A stretch of DNA of 62,545 nucleotides, filler included, from Choristocarpus tenellus KU-1152 (taxonomy: Eukaryota; Protista; Phaeophyceae): NCBI GenBank assembly GCA_964200185.2. It is 10 parts of 10 records of this genome, joined end to end, with 100 filler letters (N's around TTAATTAATTAA, not from the genome) between each part and the next. Parts side by side here need not be neighbours in the genome. Positions count along the whole stretch, not along the records: positions 25,456 to 29,894 come from CAXNAD020014551.1; positions 29,995 to 36,260 come from CAXNAD020008530.1; positions 36,361 to 47,345 come from CAXNAD020002580.1; 7 more parts are not named here. One strand, written 5' to 3'. Positions 28,676 through 42,000 of this stretch are shown in pieces. The translations under genes were made by a program, and so were the position numbers. Numbering within the stretch: position 1 is the stretch's first letter; each line of letters opens with the position of its first letter. The notes under the pieces were generated by a model that had not been told where the DNA came from, ran no database searches, and worked only from the letters and a program-made list of their open reading frames with translations.

Positions 28676-29994
28676 AAAACTTGATTTTAAATACAATTTC
28701 TTCCATTATATGAATGTGACCTCTTTTTTCTTCACATAAAGCTAATACTGTCTGTAGCACATGGAGTTGTTTATTTTTTCCTAGTAGATAATGCTGCTTG
28801 TAAGTTTTTTCTTTTTGGGGGGAGGATTTATTCGTACTTCAACTTGCCCTATTTCCTGTGGAGAAATAAATCTCTCCCCTTTCCCCTGTATAGGTACATA
28901 GTCAAAGTAAATGATAGGGACATGCAGAGTTGCATTTTAGGAAACCTGACATATAGATGCAAAATTTGGGATTTTTTTGTCAAAAAAAATCAAACGGTGA
29001 GAGATACCAGCAATCTCCAGTCAAACTCGGGGCTTCACTGATAAGAACGCGAAATGATTTGCCAAAAGATAGAAAAAAAGTGCAAAAGCTGGCTTTAAAA
29101 AGTGCAAAAACGGCCAAGAACTGGGTTGCTCTCGCTCTCTTCAACTGACGAGCGAATTAATAACAAGCGAATCGATGGCGTAACAGTAGACTCTTTTTTT
29201 GTTTTGTTTTTCTCAAAAGAAGAGAGGAAAAAAAAAAGAATGAAAAGTCTTGATCTTTTTTGATACATGCATTTAAAACCTTTTGTTTTCTTTTGCATTC
29301 CTTTCTTGCCCGTCCGTGTTTTCAAACGTATTTTTTCGAGTGCCTTTGTACTGTTTAGGAACCGGCTCTTTATGGACTTCTTTTCTTTCTTTCTAGAACC
29401 TGTGATTGTTCTTGAATGTGTTGTTCCGGAGAAGAGTGATTCTCGGGGTTAGGGTATGATTGATGACCCTGTTGTTGTAATGCTTGGGAAGCTTTCCTCT
29501 TCCGACTCCATTCTTACAATGGTGGTTGGAATCACTAGTTAGCACATTTTCTTCTTTTTTTACAGTCTGTGGACAAGCGTATTCTCAGTTCGTATTTTAG
29601 ACCCTTAAGACCTTCAAGAACTCGTGATGCTAAGAAAAATATTGCAAGGTTACTTACAGCGCTTGAGACATCTTTTTTTTTTGTTAAACACTTGTTACCA
29701 ACAATGAAATAACCTTTTTTTCTTTTTAGTGAACACCATCCAATCCATTCTTGAGCTCTCCCCTCGCAACATGTTTTCAGGTGGTTCACGCTCTGATTAC
29801 AGGTACATATATTTTCAAGCCCCTGATCGATATCTCACCCCCCACCCCCCCCCCTCCTACCTTCCATGTACAGTTCAACAATGACATCACTCCCNNNNNN
29901 NNNNNNNNNNNNNNNNNNNNNNNNNNNNNNNNNNNNNNTTAATTAATTAANNNNNNNNNNNNNNNNNNNNNNNNNNNNNNNNNNNNNNNNNNNN

Positions 29995-30064
29995 AAATCG
30001 CGACATAAAAAAATTGCCCCCAAATGGACAGCCGCTCCCCCCCCCCCCCCAGATACTTTGAGCC
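29995..30064 (+). mobile_element. MITE family B, right end
   Basis: AAATCGCGACAT...CCCCAAATGGACAGCCG..CCCAGATACTTTGAGCC. Confidence 0.82.
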
Positions 30065-30069
30065 CGCAC

Positions 30070-33000
30070 CTGCACAGCATATGAAGAGGTAATATTTCGA
30101 CCATGTGTTGGATCTTCAGGACTCCAGGACAATCGCACACACAAGCGTGTCCTTCCCACTCCAGTCTCATGTGCTGTAACAGTTGCAAGGAGGTCCTAGT
30201 GGCACATTAAGTGGAGACAAGAGATAGGTTGTGTGTGTTGTAGAAGTATGGGCGGAGCAATTGAGCTCAGGTCTAGACCATTTGAGAAGAAAACTCCTGT
30301 TACATATGTGTAGGATAAACCCTTATTGAGCACTTCATCATGCCAAGATTGAGACGTTAGATAGGGTAAATTGGTTGAGGACTAGGGTTAGGGTTAGATC
30401 CAACTGACTTGGTACAACATACAGTGACAATTCCACTTCTCAAATTGTTTCTCTTTGTGCTGCAGATCCTACTCCCTGCTCGTGACATATATCTCCAGCA
30501 GTATCAGTTTGTGCTTATTTCCCTAAGATTTCCACTCACTTTTGGTGCTGGAGGCACAACAGGAGCAGTCTGATACACTGTCACTGCAGACACAGCGATC
30601 CCTAGATTGCTCTCAATGCAGATGCGGAATGCAAACCTCATCCCTGGGGGAAGCTCCGGCGTGCTCGCCTCGGCTTGTGCAGAGTCCCCTTTCCACACTA
30701 CCCTAAACTCACTGGCCCCCCCCCCTTTAAATGCACTTGACCCCAAGGCCCACGAGATCCCACCCAGACTATCCTCCCTTACCACCCCTCCAGCTACAGC
30801 AGGAACACCAGGCATTTCCTCAGTGCCAGTTCTTGCTTCCCCAGATCTTGAGAATGCAGCTGCTAGCACATCACAGTAGCGGTCACCTGCCCATGTTCCA
30901 CCACCAGCACCTTGTCCAGGTGGGCCAATTTCTATTGACTCCGCCATCTCCAGAATATAGGAAAAACAAGGGGGAGGCTCCCTCGAACCCAGAAGGCTGG
31001 TATCAATCCCCTGCCCCCAGAATGCACGAAGGACCACTCCTGACCCAGGACTCCGTTCAGTCATCCCAGGAGTACCGAGCTCTGAATTTGTCTTGATCTC
31101 TGTGTTGAGCTCTGGCTCCAGCATCAGGGATGGTGGAGCTGTTAATACATAACCAAGGGCACTAGCCATAGCTTGATCTGGAGTGGCTGCACAGGAGAGT
31201 TGCAGCTGATATGCCGTAGAAGGCTGAACCTTAAGTCCCCTTACAGTCTCAGAGAGCTCGGTCCAAGGCTTTCTCCCTGTATAGACTGCTTGCATACTCT
31301 GGGTCAAAGGGTCATACATCTCCAAGGTGTACTGTGGATAGACTGTGGGGAGGGCTTGAGCAAGCTCCATATTCTCTCTGCTCATACTGCATTCTTTCCC
31401 CTCAATTATGCCGCCTAATTCTCCTTCCTCCTCAGGATCTCCCTTATTGTTCCCTGTGGGGAACATATTGGCCGTACTAGGGCACTGAGTGGACACTCCT
31501 TGCTCCGGTGTGGAGCTATGATGGCTCCACCAAATCCTTACCTGGGACAGGTGTTGAGTATTTTGCAGAAGTTGGTTGGGTAGGGACAGAGAAGCAAGGA
31601 AATTGATATTTAGTTTTGGCTATGTGTTACAGGTGGTTAGTGCATGCATTACTTATTGTGCTCTCTAACCAGCGTGAGGAGCAAGTGTGAAAGTGGAAAG
31701 CCCAAAAGGGGAACGTTCCAGTTGCGATAGTTAGAATGTAAAACATGTAGCTAGAGAAGAAATCTGCAGTTAACATTTGCAATGTGGCTTCTGAAAACTC
31801 AACTTTCCGGATCACAATCGAGATTCTCACATAATCTGATTTCAGAATAACTACACCTTTTTTTCTAGCAGTCTGGTATCCACAATTTCCATTGGTTATC
31901 AGGCTATCAACATATCACAGTCATCATCTCCGTGGCTCATCATCAGCCTACAGGCTTGTGAATTGGAGCTCAATACCCCATCGAAGTAAGCTGTTGGGAT
32001 ATATATCTCCAATCCACAAGCTTTGTGAGCGAACATGGATTCCCCTGTTCTGTTATGTTCCCCCTTACTTTTTCAGATGTGTTGCCAGATACAATAGGTA
32101 CACAAGGGGCAGTAAATAGTATATGTAGTAGAAACAAAGTATTCATATTTCATTGGTGAAAGTAAATACAACTTTGTACGATTTTGAAAGAAAACAGCAG
32201 AAAACTTGTACACCAGAAAAATGCCAACTTCCTGGCACACTAATTTGGGGCTTGCTGAAAAGATTAAGCACTGTAACGTACGTGCCTTCTGCCTTCCGCC
32301 CAAGACAGACACCATGAAGTGGGGTGGAGATGGTGTAGTTGCCAACACTGCCTGGCCCGACAATGACACCAATGGGATTGGTTCAGGAGAATCCTGGTGA
32401 CCTGGAGGAAGTTGTTCCATGTAATAACCGCCCTCAGTGGTGCATGCTGCATCCTTAACTGTGAATCCTTCCTTTCTCCAGTACTTGGTATCCAGATTAG
32501 TTGAAATACTCCGGTTGTCACGGACAGGAGAGTGTGAAGCACTACGAGGATACGGCCCATTTTTATGAAGAGCAGGGTGAATAATGCCAAGCGATGACAA
32601 GGAAGTAGACCTTACAACCTTAATGTCACTGGCACTGATACTCAGACTCTTGTTGTCGCCTCTTTCATGACCACAAGAAGGATCACAGAGGGAAGCACAT
32701 GATGGAAGGTTGAGTGTCTCCAGCTTCCCAAGTGCTTGCCGCCGGAGCTCTGTCATGTCAACCTCTACCCATACCCTGAACGTAAACAAAGAGTTAATCC
32801 TCAGATTCTGTTTCAATGCCAAAAGCATCAGGGTTAAGGAGTGGGTGATGATCACTTAGGACACAGGAGTTGAAAATGAATATGGAAAAGGTTACGTGTT
32901 TGGTGCCACACAACCTGATCATTTTGTTTCCTCACCGCTGCCAGCCTCATGTTATTGCCTGAGTCTGTTGTAATTCATGATCAAGGAAGAGAGGATTATT

Positions 33001-34799
33001 GAATCGCAGGTGAATGAGCAATAGATTAGTGGAAATTGACTTCTCTGGATTTGGGAAGAAATATACATTGCCCACACCATGCCTAGCACCCAATGGTTGT
33101 GATCATTGAGCTTAAACTATTGCTAATCTCTCTCACCATCAACCAGGAACTACCATACATCAAAATCTTTGTATGCATTCACCGTGTAACAATAGATCAA
33201 TGCCTATTTAGTCCAGCAAGAGGAGGTCTTGCTTGCGTGGATTGTGTCTACCTGTTTATATTCGAGAACTAGAGGCAAAGGTTTGAACAGTCGAAAATGA
33301 TCACATTCTGCATCATTCCTCACTTACCTCCACCCGGACCACATTTCTTGGCCCACTATAAAGCAATCCCCATCTTTGGCCATCCAGCAGGCCCTCGAGT
33401 CTATACCATACTACAGGAAGCATGCTTTTGTCTCCCTCTCTCACATATTCTCCTTCTACCTCGGCATCCATTTCTCGGGCTTCACTGTTATTTCTATGCT
33501 TGCTGGTATTCGCCGGGCATGGTAAAGACAGAAGCAGGCTGTTCGCACCATCCAAGACACAGCATGGAGGACGAGGAGTGGAAAGGTGTGAAACCCATTG
33601 TCCTGCAACACTATGGCCATCCTCATGAAGTAGCCGTAGTCGGAACGAATGAACTCTACATGGCTGAAGAGACGAGGGGGCATACCAACAGCGTGTGCCA
33701 ACGGTGACCACTGCCTTCTCAACCTCGCCAAGGATGACCTGGGTTGGTGGGCTGGCCCTGTTCACAAGTGGCCGAGAGAAATGTTCAAGGGCATAGGATA
33801 GCACCTCGGCACCAGACAGACACGTCACTGGACTCCATGTTAGAACTATTCCCGTCCCAATGCCGTGCAATGTCACCCTCGGGGGTCGGCTAGGTACGAA
33901 AACTGCTGTTGAGGCAAACAAGCGAATAGGAAGGGAAGTGGATCCAATCCCAATAGCTCTGCTTTTAACAGGTTGTGCGGTCTCCAAGTCGAGGTTTGCA
34001 TTGCTGCTGGTGCAAGTTTCACACAATCCATCGGCGTCGCTGATGCTAAGGGAACTAGCCTCAGAAGCTATCTCTATATCCCCTGGCAGGTGACTTGAGA
34101 TGCTACGCATATTCCGATGCTGCGCCCTCATGTACCCTCGTTTCCCAGCTGGGGGAATGCTGGCGCCGACAACAAGGCGAAAGTACTGTAAGGCATTGGG
34201 ATGAGCCAGCTGCACCTTGCAACAGTGTTTTGATCCCTTGTATATTGTTTGCCAGCAGCCCATTGCACTATTCGCTTGGGAGTCGACACAATTATTCCTG
34301 TGGCAAGGACCTCCCTGACCTTGGGCTACACCTCGAACACATGCTGGGCAACCACAAACGCAAGTCTGCAGTTCGACGAATTCTACATCGAGAGATTCTA
34401 GATAAACGCTCTCTCTCTCGTCATCCTGGAGGGTGAGCCACTCGTCATGAAGAACAGGGCATGTCCTCCCGATATTGGTCCGCACTGATGTGGGAGGACG
34501 CCAGGAAAGTCTGACACTTTTCCCACTCAGTTCAACTATTCTCGGAGACATCACGCTCTGCAGCAGGTAGGGAGGATAGGATTTCTGTAAGGATTATGGT
34601 AGATCAAGAACAACAATGCTTACCCTTGTACATTCAGATCGACTTGTTGTACGATCATGATATATTATACCTTAGACTTCCAATCCATGTATTTGCCCAG
34701 GACAATCTTACGAACCTGCAGTACCTGTGGGTTGCAAAGGGTAGTCTGTTCACCTCCATTTGTTGTAGTTTGCATCTTATCTCCTTGTATATCCTTCAT
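30070..34799 (-). CDS. Large fibronectin type III domain-containing protein, 3' incomplete; exons include 34799-34716, 34557-33328, about 32775-32215, about 31540-30540, 30195-30070
   Basis: FN3-like patterns PRIVELSGKSVRLSWRPP, WQTIYKG, GIVLTWSP, LQPCRVHSFRLRL, GLKVQPSTAYQLQL and LPPGMRFAFRI. In-phase junctions VLQ|SVMSP and PPAPK|DLLATV...LSWSP. The junction from 33328 to 32775 needs an unplaced small exon. Confidence 0.7.
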
Positions 34800-35127
34800 T
34801 TCTCGCTAGATCAAACCAAGCCCATACAAATATAGTCTACATCTCGCCCCTAAGTAAATCCTTCGCTTGACTGCACTACCTCGCCCAAGTAAGAGATATA
34901 TTTCATCGTGGTCGCTCTTTGAGCACTTCTCCACGGTTTCAAGAGGAACGAAACGTCCATCACTATCGCCATCTCATCCAAATCAGTCATATAATAGTAA
35001 CCACTATGTTCTACTATATTTTATTTTGTCTTGTTCTACTCCTCCCCTCACTCCATACGAATATGTTAGACCTGTTCGACTGTACAAACTCTACGGATAG
35101 ACAGTAGTAGTAGTAGTATAGTATTAC

Positions 35128-35945
35128 AGGAGGAAAGGGGCTGCAAATCCAGTCTACGACAGATGGTGTCTGTAACAAAGCAAGTATTTCCTTGTAGACG
35201 TGTCACGTGTTTTGAGCTGGAGAGACCAGGGAGATGGGCAAGGAAGGGCTTGTTATTCTTGGGATACCTCCCTAGCTCCTCGCCCTGGGGTGCAGGACTA
35301 AGCTAACTTGGAGCTACAGGAAGCCACCAGCATGGCATAGGTGGTAGTAAAATAGAAAATAGACGATAGAAAAAAGGCTTTCACATTTACGACAACTGTT
35401 GCTTTTTAGGGGTTCTGACATTTGAATGGTTTTCATTGGTTTTTCCCCTGACACATCTGAAAAATGTCAGAGGGCAAAATAATAAAATGATATAATAGCA
35501 CCTTCACAGAAAAACAGTCCAACAACAGATTAGATTTAATAGTTTTAAATATAGCAACAGTAGTAGTACTTACAATAAAGGATATTTTATATATTTGTGC
35601 CCTCTGACATTTTGGAGATGTGTCAAGGAAAAACCAGTGAAAAACCGTTCAAGTGTCAGAACCCCCCAAAAAAAAACACTTGTCGTAAATGTTAAATACA
35701 TTTTTCTATTTACTATTTTACTATCAGTGATTTTGCACGCTGCCATCCTGTGGCTCCAACCTAGCTTAGTCCTGCACCCCAGGGCGAGGAGCTAGGGAAG
35801 CATCCCAATAATCTAACGAGCCCCTCCTTGCCTATCTTCCTGATGTCTCCAGCTTAAAACGCATGACACGTCTAGATAGAGCTACTTGTGTTTTCTGACA
35901 GCCCCTTTCTGTAGTTGACGGGATTTGACAGCCCCTTTCCTACTG
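35128..35945. repeat. Inverted pair of family D elements (35128-35476 and 35598-35945) with about 120-bp AT-rich spacer
   Basis: Arms are colinear reverse complements, e.g. CCCTAGCTCCTCGCCCTGGGGTGCAGGACTAAGCTA vs TAGCTTAGTCCTGCACCCCAGGGCGAGGAGCTAGGG, but visibly diverged elsewhere. Confidence 0.85.
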
Positions 35946-37749
35946 GATTCCCCTGCCCCTCTCCACCCTACCATATGCGTAGCCAATTCATCCAGAAAAC
36001 TTTCCGAGGCACCTAAAATTTTCCACGGTGAAGGTGTTGAGAATATTAACTACGAGGGTCAAGAGAGTTCTTGTAGTGGGTGCGCTTTCGCATCTCGGCT
36101 GCAGCAGCAGCTACACCATTGGTGGTGGATGAGTGGGGTAGGTGGGATGCTGCTCGTACTTCTACAAACATAACATCTAGAAGGAGGACTTTGTGTTGAA
36201 CTATCCCACACTGAACCCGCGGCTTTCATGGTGCTTTAATGAAGGACAAAGAACAGCTTGNNNNNNNNNNNNNNNNNNNNNNNNNNNNNNNNNNNNNNNN
36301 NNNNTTAATTAATTAANNNNNNNNNNNNNNNNNNNNNNNNNNNNNNNNNNNNNNNNNNNNGGTAAAAAAAACATCAATAGGAGTCTTCGACAAAAGCTGC
36401 ATACAACACATGGTGAGCAAGTGGATGCATAAGCCAGGCCATGCCACCCGATGTTCAAGATGTATCATATTTTCCATTGGTCTGCCTTCCATCATGGCTG
36501 GTGTTCAATATCCCTACTCCCACCCTACTCTCACCCAGTGGTGTCCCTTGTCCCTGAAGTGAACCGAATCAATGCATTCCCCTCGGCAGTCCCTTGACAC
36601 AGCCACTGCCAACCGCCCTTGATCCCATCCAGCTCTCGCCTAGCCTGTGAATAAATGAGTAATAATTGCAATAATGATGGAATCATGATGGTAAGGTTGG
36701 AGGAAAGGAAGGAGTATCTGCTACAGGGGAAACTTCAGGTGTAGAGGCATTCTATTGCCCCAAGTGCGATGTTTAGTTCGACCGCATTCAACTGAGGACC
36801 GTACGAATCTGTGCGAAAAAAAAGACAAAAAAAGACAAAAGTTTAGGTTGCAATCCATACAATTATTATGCTGTATTTTACAACTGTTGTCATGAACGGG
36901 TCTCATTTACGACTTCCTACGCATTGACATGGCGACTGGTGTGTGTTCATGTGTATTGTGCGCATCATCGGTTTATGTCACCGAGGTCGTTCAAGCGAAC
37001 TATCTATGAATCCAGACACACAAACAAGATTCGGATCTGGATAAAAAGAAAAAAGAAGACGGTTCAGTCAGCGCTGACTGGTCATGGTCGCAGTGGCTCG
37101 TTTGAAGTCTTCGTCCAAACGTTCATGCAACTGTTCTGAATCCTAGGTTTCTGTTCTGTTCTGTTTTTGCACTTTTTCTGCTCTGCTCAGGGACGTTAGT
37201 ACTCGATCCTTCCCCTGTCTCGCTTCCTCCAGAAACCTGACATCTGTTGGTTCTAATCGCCCTTGGTACAGAGAACTTGATCCACTCTCGCAAAGCGGTG
37301 TACTTTGCGCCAGGGCTCAAACCCAGAACCTTGCCTTTCGATTACTTCAACTAATTTAGTCATTTATTCGAAAACTCGCTGAGCTTAACAGGTGGCGAAG
37401 ATCTCGTGAGTTGAAGTAAATGATAGGCAGGCAACCAGCGTAGCGTTCTTAAGGATGTTGACAAATTTGTGGAATTTTTTTTTAATTCAAATGTGTGCAC
37501 AGGGTACTTTCTGAATTGTGTCGAAAAAGTTTCGAATAATAAGGAAATAAACGCTTTCAATTCAAACTTAGAACTTCATTCATAGAAATATGGATGAATT
37601 GCAATATATTAATAAAAAAAAACATAATAAAGATAAATCGGTCGAAAACCTGGTATCTCTCGTTGTCCTTTGACTCTCTACTTCACAAAAAAAAAAGTGT
37701 TAGTGCTGTTAATCGAAGGCGTTTATGGGTATAGGTCGAATCACCACAA

Positions 37750-37752
37750 AAG

Positions 37753-37786
<34 letters not shown>

Positions 37787-37803
37787 AAGAAGAAGAAGAA
37801 GAA
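37750..37803 (+). repeat. (AAG)n microsatellite
   Basis: Direct reading. Confidence 0.95.
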
Positions 37804-38267
37804 TAGTAACTTGCTCATCCACACCATTGATGTCGCTATTGATATTATTCTGCCAGAAGAGTACAGTTGAGTTCAAGAATAATTATTCCGAATAAATATT
37901 TCTACTAACCATATTATTATCAACCGAAATTATAACCTAGGATACTATGATATCAATATATTATTATTCTGAAGTATATTATGACACACAGGTCCCTCTT
38001 TGGGACCCAGTCTCAGTCCAATCCACATCCCCTCGGACACAAACGTGCACTGCGCGAACATTTCTTTGTCATTGATGATGGCCCCATCGACATCAAACAC
38101 AGAGAACTCTTGAGAATGCTCAGACCACTTGCCGCTGACGGCCACAAGGATGTTGCGTAATCCATAGGACCTAAGATTCCATTCAAAATTCTCCTATGAT
38201 TTTATGGCTGAGAGAGCTTTGGGTTTGCTGAAAGCACCCCACCGTGACACAACTGGTGATTCTGAGC

Positions 38268-38575
38268 GCCCCCCACGACTGATTGGACCCTGCCTCACAA
38301 CAGTGGTACTCACGCCGACAGTCTAAGAGATGGATCCACCATATAAAGAAGTAATCAAGGACAAGAAAATAAGAGACAAGAACGGCAAAGGGTAAAAGCA
38401 AAGCTACTGGTCCAAGCGAACCAGAACCAATGCCAAGCCGGATATCTGGGGGAAATACCGATATCCCACCGACCAATTTGGTTGATGGTGTCCTTGGAGA
38501 CTCGCTTGAGAAAGACGGAATGTTGAGGGCTCAACCCAGGGCCCCCCACGACTGATTGGGCCCTGCCTCACAACA
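38268..38575 (-). repeat. 35-bp direct repeat pair with LTR-like TGTTG start on the minus strand
   Basis: GCCCCCCACGACTGATTGG(A/G)CCCTGCCTCACAACA at about 38268-38302 and 38541-38575. Confidence 0.6.
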
Positions 38576-38832
38576 TCATTATTGTATCATTATTGTAGGT
38601 ATTATTACTACATTTATTACTATTATTACAATTATTATTGTTAATCTTTGTATCTCTCTACAGTCTTCGCACAGCACTAAAATGATAGAAGGAGTAGATG
38701 AAGCTGAGGAGAATACTACCTACAATTAAAATATTCAATACTTTGAGGTATAATGTATGACATGACATTTTTTTATTGCTATCAAACTTTCATAGACTGA
38801 CCTAACAGACCTGTGGTTAGAATGGCAGCACA

Positions 38833-38870
<38 letters not shown>

Positions 38871-39019
38871 CTTTGTAGTGAGAAGCAAATATATATATAT
38901 GCTAAAAAAAAGGGGAGAAAAAAAACATGGAAGAAAAGAGGGAAAACGAAAAAACATGAAATATACAAAGTTGAATTTATTTTATGTGTATGACGGAGTC
39001 TGCCTCTTTTCCCAGCTCA

Positions 39020-42000
39020 CCTCCTCCTCTTCATCCACTAGTCGTTGCAACATCCTTGTGCCCTTCAGCTGGATATCTTCCTTGCCCACCAGCATGTGCA
39101 TAGCTTCAAAAACTACACGAAGGCCTCCTGCCTGTTGTTGTGCGAAACAGGGAAGCGAATAGGGTGGGGGGAGGGGGTGAGTGAAAGTATCTTAGAGGGT
39201 ACGAGTTTTTACCTGTTTGTCTATTTGGGGCTTAGCTTCCAATGGGCTTTTCATGACATCTAATTCCTAACAAACACGATAGCCAAAATTACATCAAAAT
39301 CGCACCATTGGATTTTGGACCCCAAACGGACGTGGCTCTCCCCTCTAACATACTTTGACTCGGGTGACAGCAGTTAGATCACCCACCTGCTGGGAGGCCG
39401 CTGTTTCTACTAGTGCTGTTGAACCGGTCCATTCAAAACAAGTTAATTTCTTACCATCTGCCGTACGAAGAGAAATTGAAATGTGACCAACTACGGAGAG
39501 GACACGCCAGGAGACAAGCTTCTGTTACGACGATGCATTCCAACAAGATCATTCCCTGTATTGTCGATTTCTTTTTTACTTCTCGTATTTAGGTTTCGTC
39601 TCCAGGATGTATGCCCCTGCTTGCTGGGCTCATCCTCTGATATTCCCCCACATTCCACTTCCTTTGCCTCTCCTGTACCTCTTACTAGTGAAAACCTAAC
39701 CCTCTTGAGGAACCTTGCTAAGGAGAAGACCACGATACCGTTAGGACAGCCTTGCACTGCAGGATGATTTGTCACTCACACCATAGGCTCACCCGCAGTA
39801 TTCGACGCCGTCCACCTGCTGTCTCACAAATGAGAAGAAGTATGCCTAGGGCTGCGATTAGAACTCCGCTGTCACACCTTTACAACAGATTTCATAGAGC
39901 ATAAAAAAAACGAACGAGGGCAGTGTTTGCAATATCCGTGGTAAGAGGACGATTGAGACGATAGTGCTAAAAAAGGAAGGGTCACATACTTTTTCTAATT
40001 GGTTCTCAGCTACAGGTAGGCGCTGGAGAGTCCCAAAATGCATTATTATTATTAATATTTTATTATTATTATTGATTACGGTGAGGGTCTCTCGTGTCGT
40101 GAAGAATACGACACCTAACCCTAACCCAGATGGTATTGAATCTTGGGTGGTACTCTTTTGCAAAATGTAGAAGATTGTACAGGATTGTTTGTGTGCGTGT
40201 TTGCCGGTGTTGTGAACAGTTTGGTTGTTGTGTTCTGATTTGCTCGGAGCTTCCTCTGTGGATTGGTGCATTTGTGAGAGACATAACCCTTGAGAGAAAC
40301 CCGACAGCATTGAACTTGGCAACCAATAGACCAGGTGCGTACACAAACTCATGTACACACACTTGAGGATCTAGAATGTTAATATTATGCCAAAACTCAT
40401 AAATCTATGCAACACATCTGTCCCCTACTCCCACCGATCAAAAGGAAGACTACAGGTTGCATAGTGGACAATGGAGTGTACAGACACTCCAATTCACTGT
40501 GTTCCACCATGGGTGTTTGGAGTGTAATATGCTTGGACTATCAATGCACTCAACCTATTAGCCACCCCCACCTGTTCCACTTCTACCAGCAGGACACAGT
40601 GGTGGCATACTCTGAGGCAATAAACTTTAACGGCTGGTGGACTGGGCTTTGACTCAATGCAACATGCATACCCAAGCGCAATGTACAGGACAACGATTTT
40701 CCTCTATACTTCATAGATTTCATGTGTGTAGGAATATATATGGATTCAGGCTTGGTTCAGGTCCTGAACAGACGAGCCTGAAGTTGTTTTCTTTTCTCAA
40801 CAACAAACTTGACAGAATCTTTCGAATCTCTGACTACTCTGTGCTACATAGCTCTATACACCATCCATGACTCCCCCTGAGTAGCATTCATATCTTGTCT
40901 TGGTCTTGCAATATCTTTTCCCCCTGCATTGGTACAAGGTGCTGCAACCGATTGTGCTGGGAAAATACATGGCGGATTGAGCAGTGTGCTTTCCACACAT
41001 TCCAGGCTTACTTTCAGAGTAGAAGCAAGGACTATTGAGGGTTCATGTTGGGTTAGGCTTAGGGGTAGCAGGAAGCGTTTGACCAACAAGAAGCTATATG
41101 TAGTAACAATATTGAGGACAGAATGAGGCACCTTGTGAACACCAATGTACCAAATAAAGGTCTCGATGACTGCAATTTTTTAGACCCATATCCACAGCTA
41201 CTATTGCCCCTGTTCAACATCCCTCAGACGACCGTTTCACCTGGAGCCCTTCATAACCCCGAGGGTGGTCTCGACAACTCGTTGATGCAGAGCTAATTTC
41301 CGGCCATTTGGTGGCCTAGACAAGTGCTCCAGTACCTTGAGACAGCTCTCCACTACCCTTGGATTTCCAGAGTATCGTCCAAGGGTGCCCAGAGCTGCCA
41401 CTACCCCCCCACGGTTAAGGATTAGCACCTGACAGGGGAGACTCCATTCCAACGCAACTGACAGCACAAACATTATGTTAGCAATCTGTTGCTGCATTGG
41501 TGAGGAAACACCAGAGGTCGAAGGTTCAGGCTCAAGTGCTGACAACGAGGTGGCAGATGCACAAGGAGCACAAGGAGGATATAGTCCGTGCAGTCCACCA
41601 AGCTCTGCCCCTGCTGCAACCTCATTATCAATGTTACTGTCCACCCACCCCTTATCCACTATCCCTTCCCCTGTCCCCCAAGAATCTATTGCACTGCTTC
41701 TCCCTTCAAATCCTACGGTTTGACTGCCATTGTCACTGCTGAATGTTGGGCAGTTGGCCCCAGCCTGGTCATTGTTCCAGAGTGACGAAGCCCCAATGGT
41801 AGGGCAGGAGCCAGGGACCGAGGCGACAGCAGCAGGAACTGTAGAGGTGCCACTGGCACCATCATTGGTGAAGGTAGGAGTGGCGTCGGTTGCAGTCTTC
41901 ACAGTGGGGGGGGTAGCTGTGGGAAGATTCGCAGAGGGACGCATGCGTACTGCACATAACAAAGCAACAGATTTATTTCCCTGAATAGCACTCTGTGTTC

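Noticed and set aside
36720-37660. Weak similarity to 29000-29760 suggesting another repeat family
   Set aside because: Only short word matches seen (AAGA(A/T)CTCGTGA); could not be aligned convincingly by eye.
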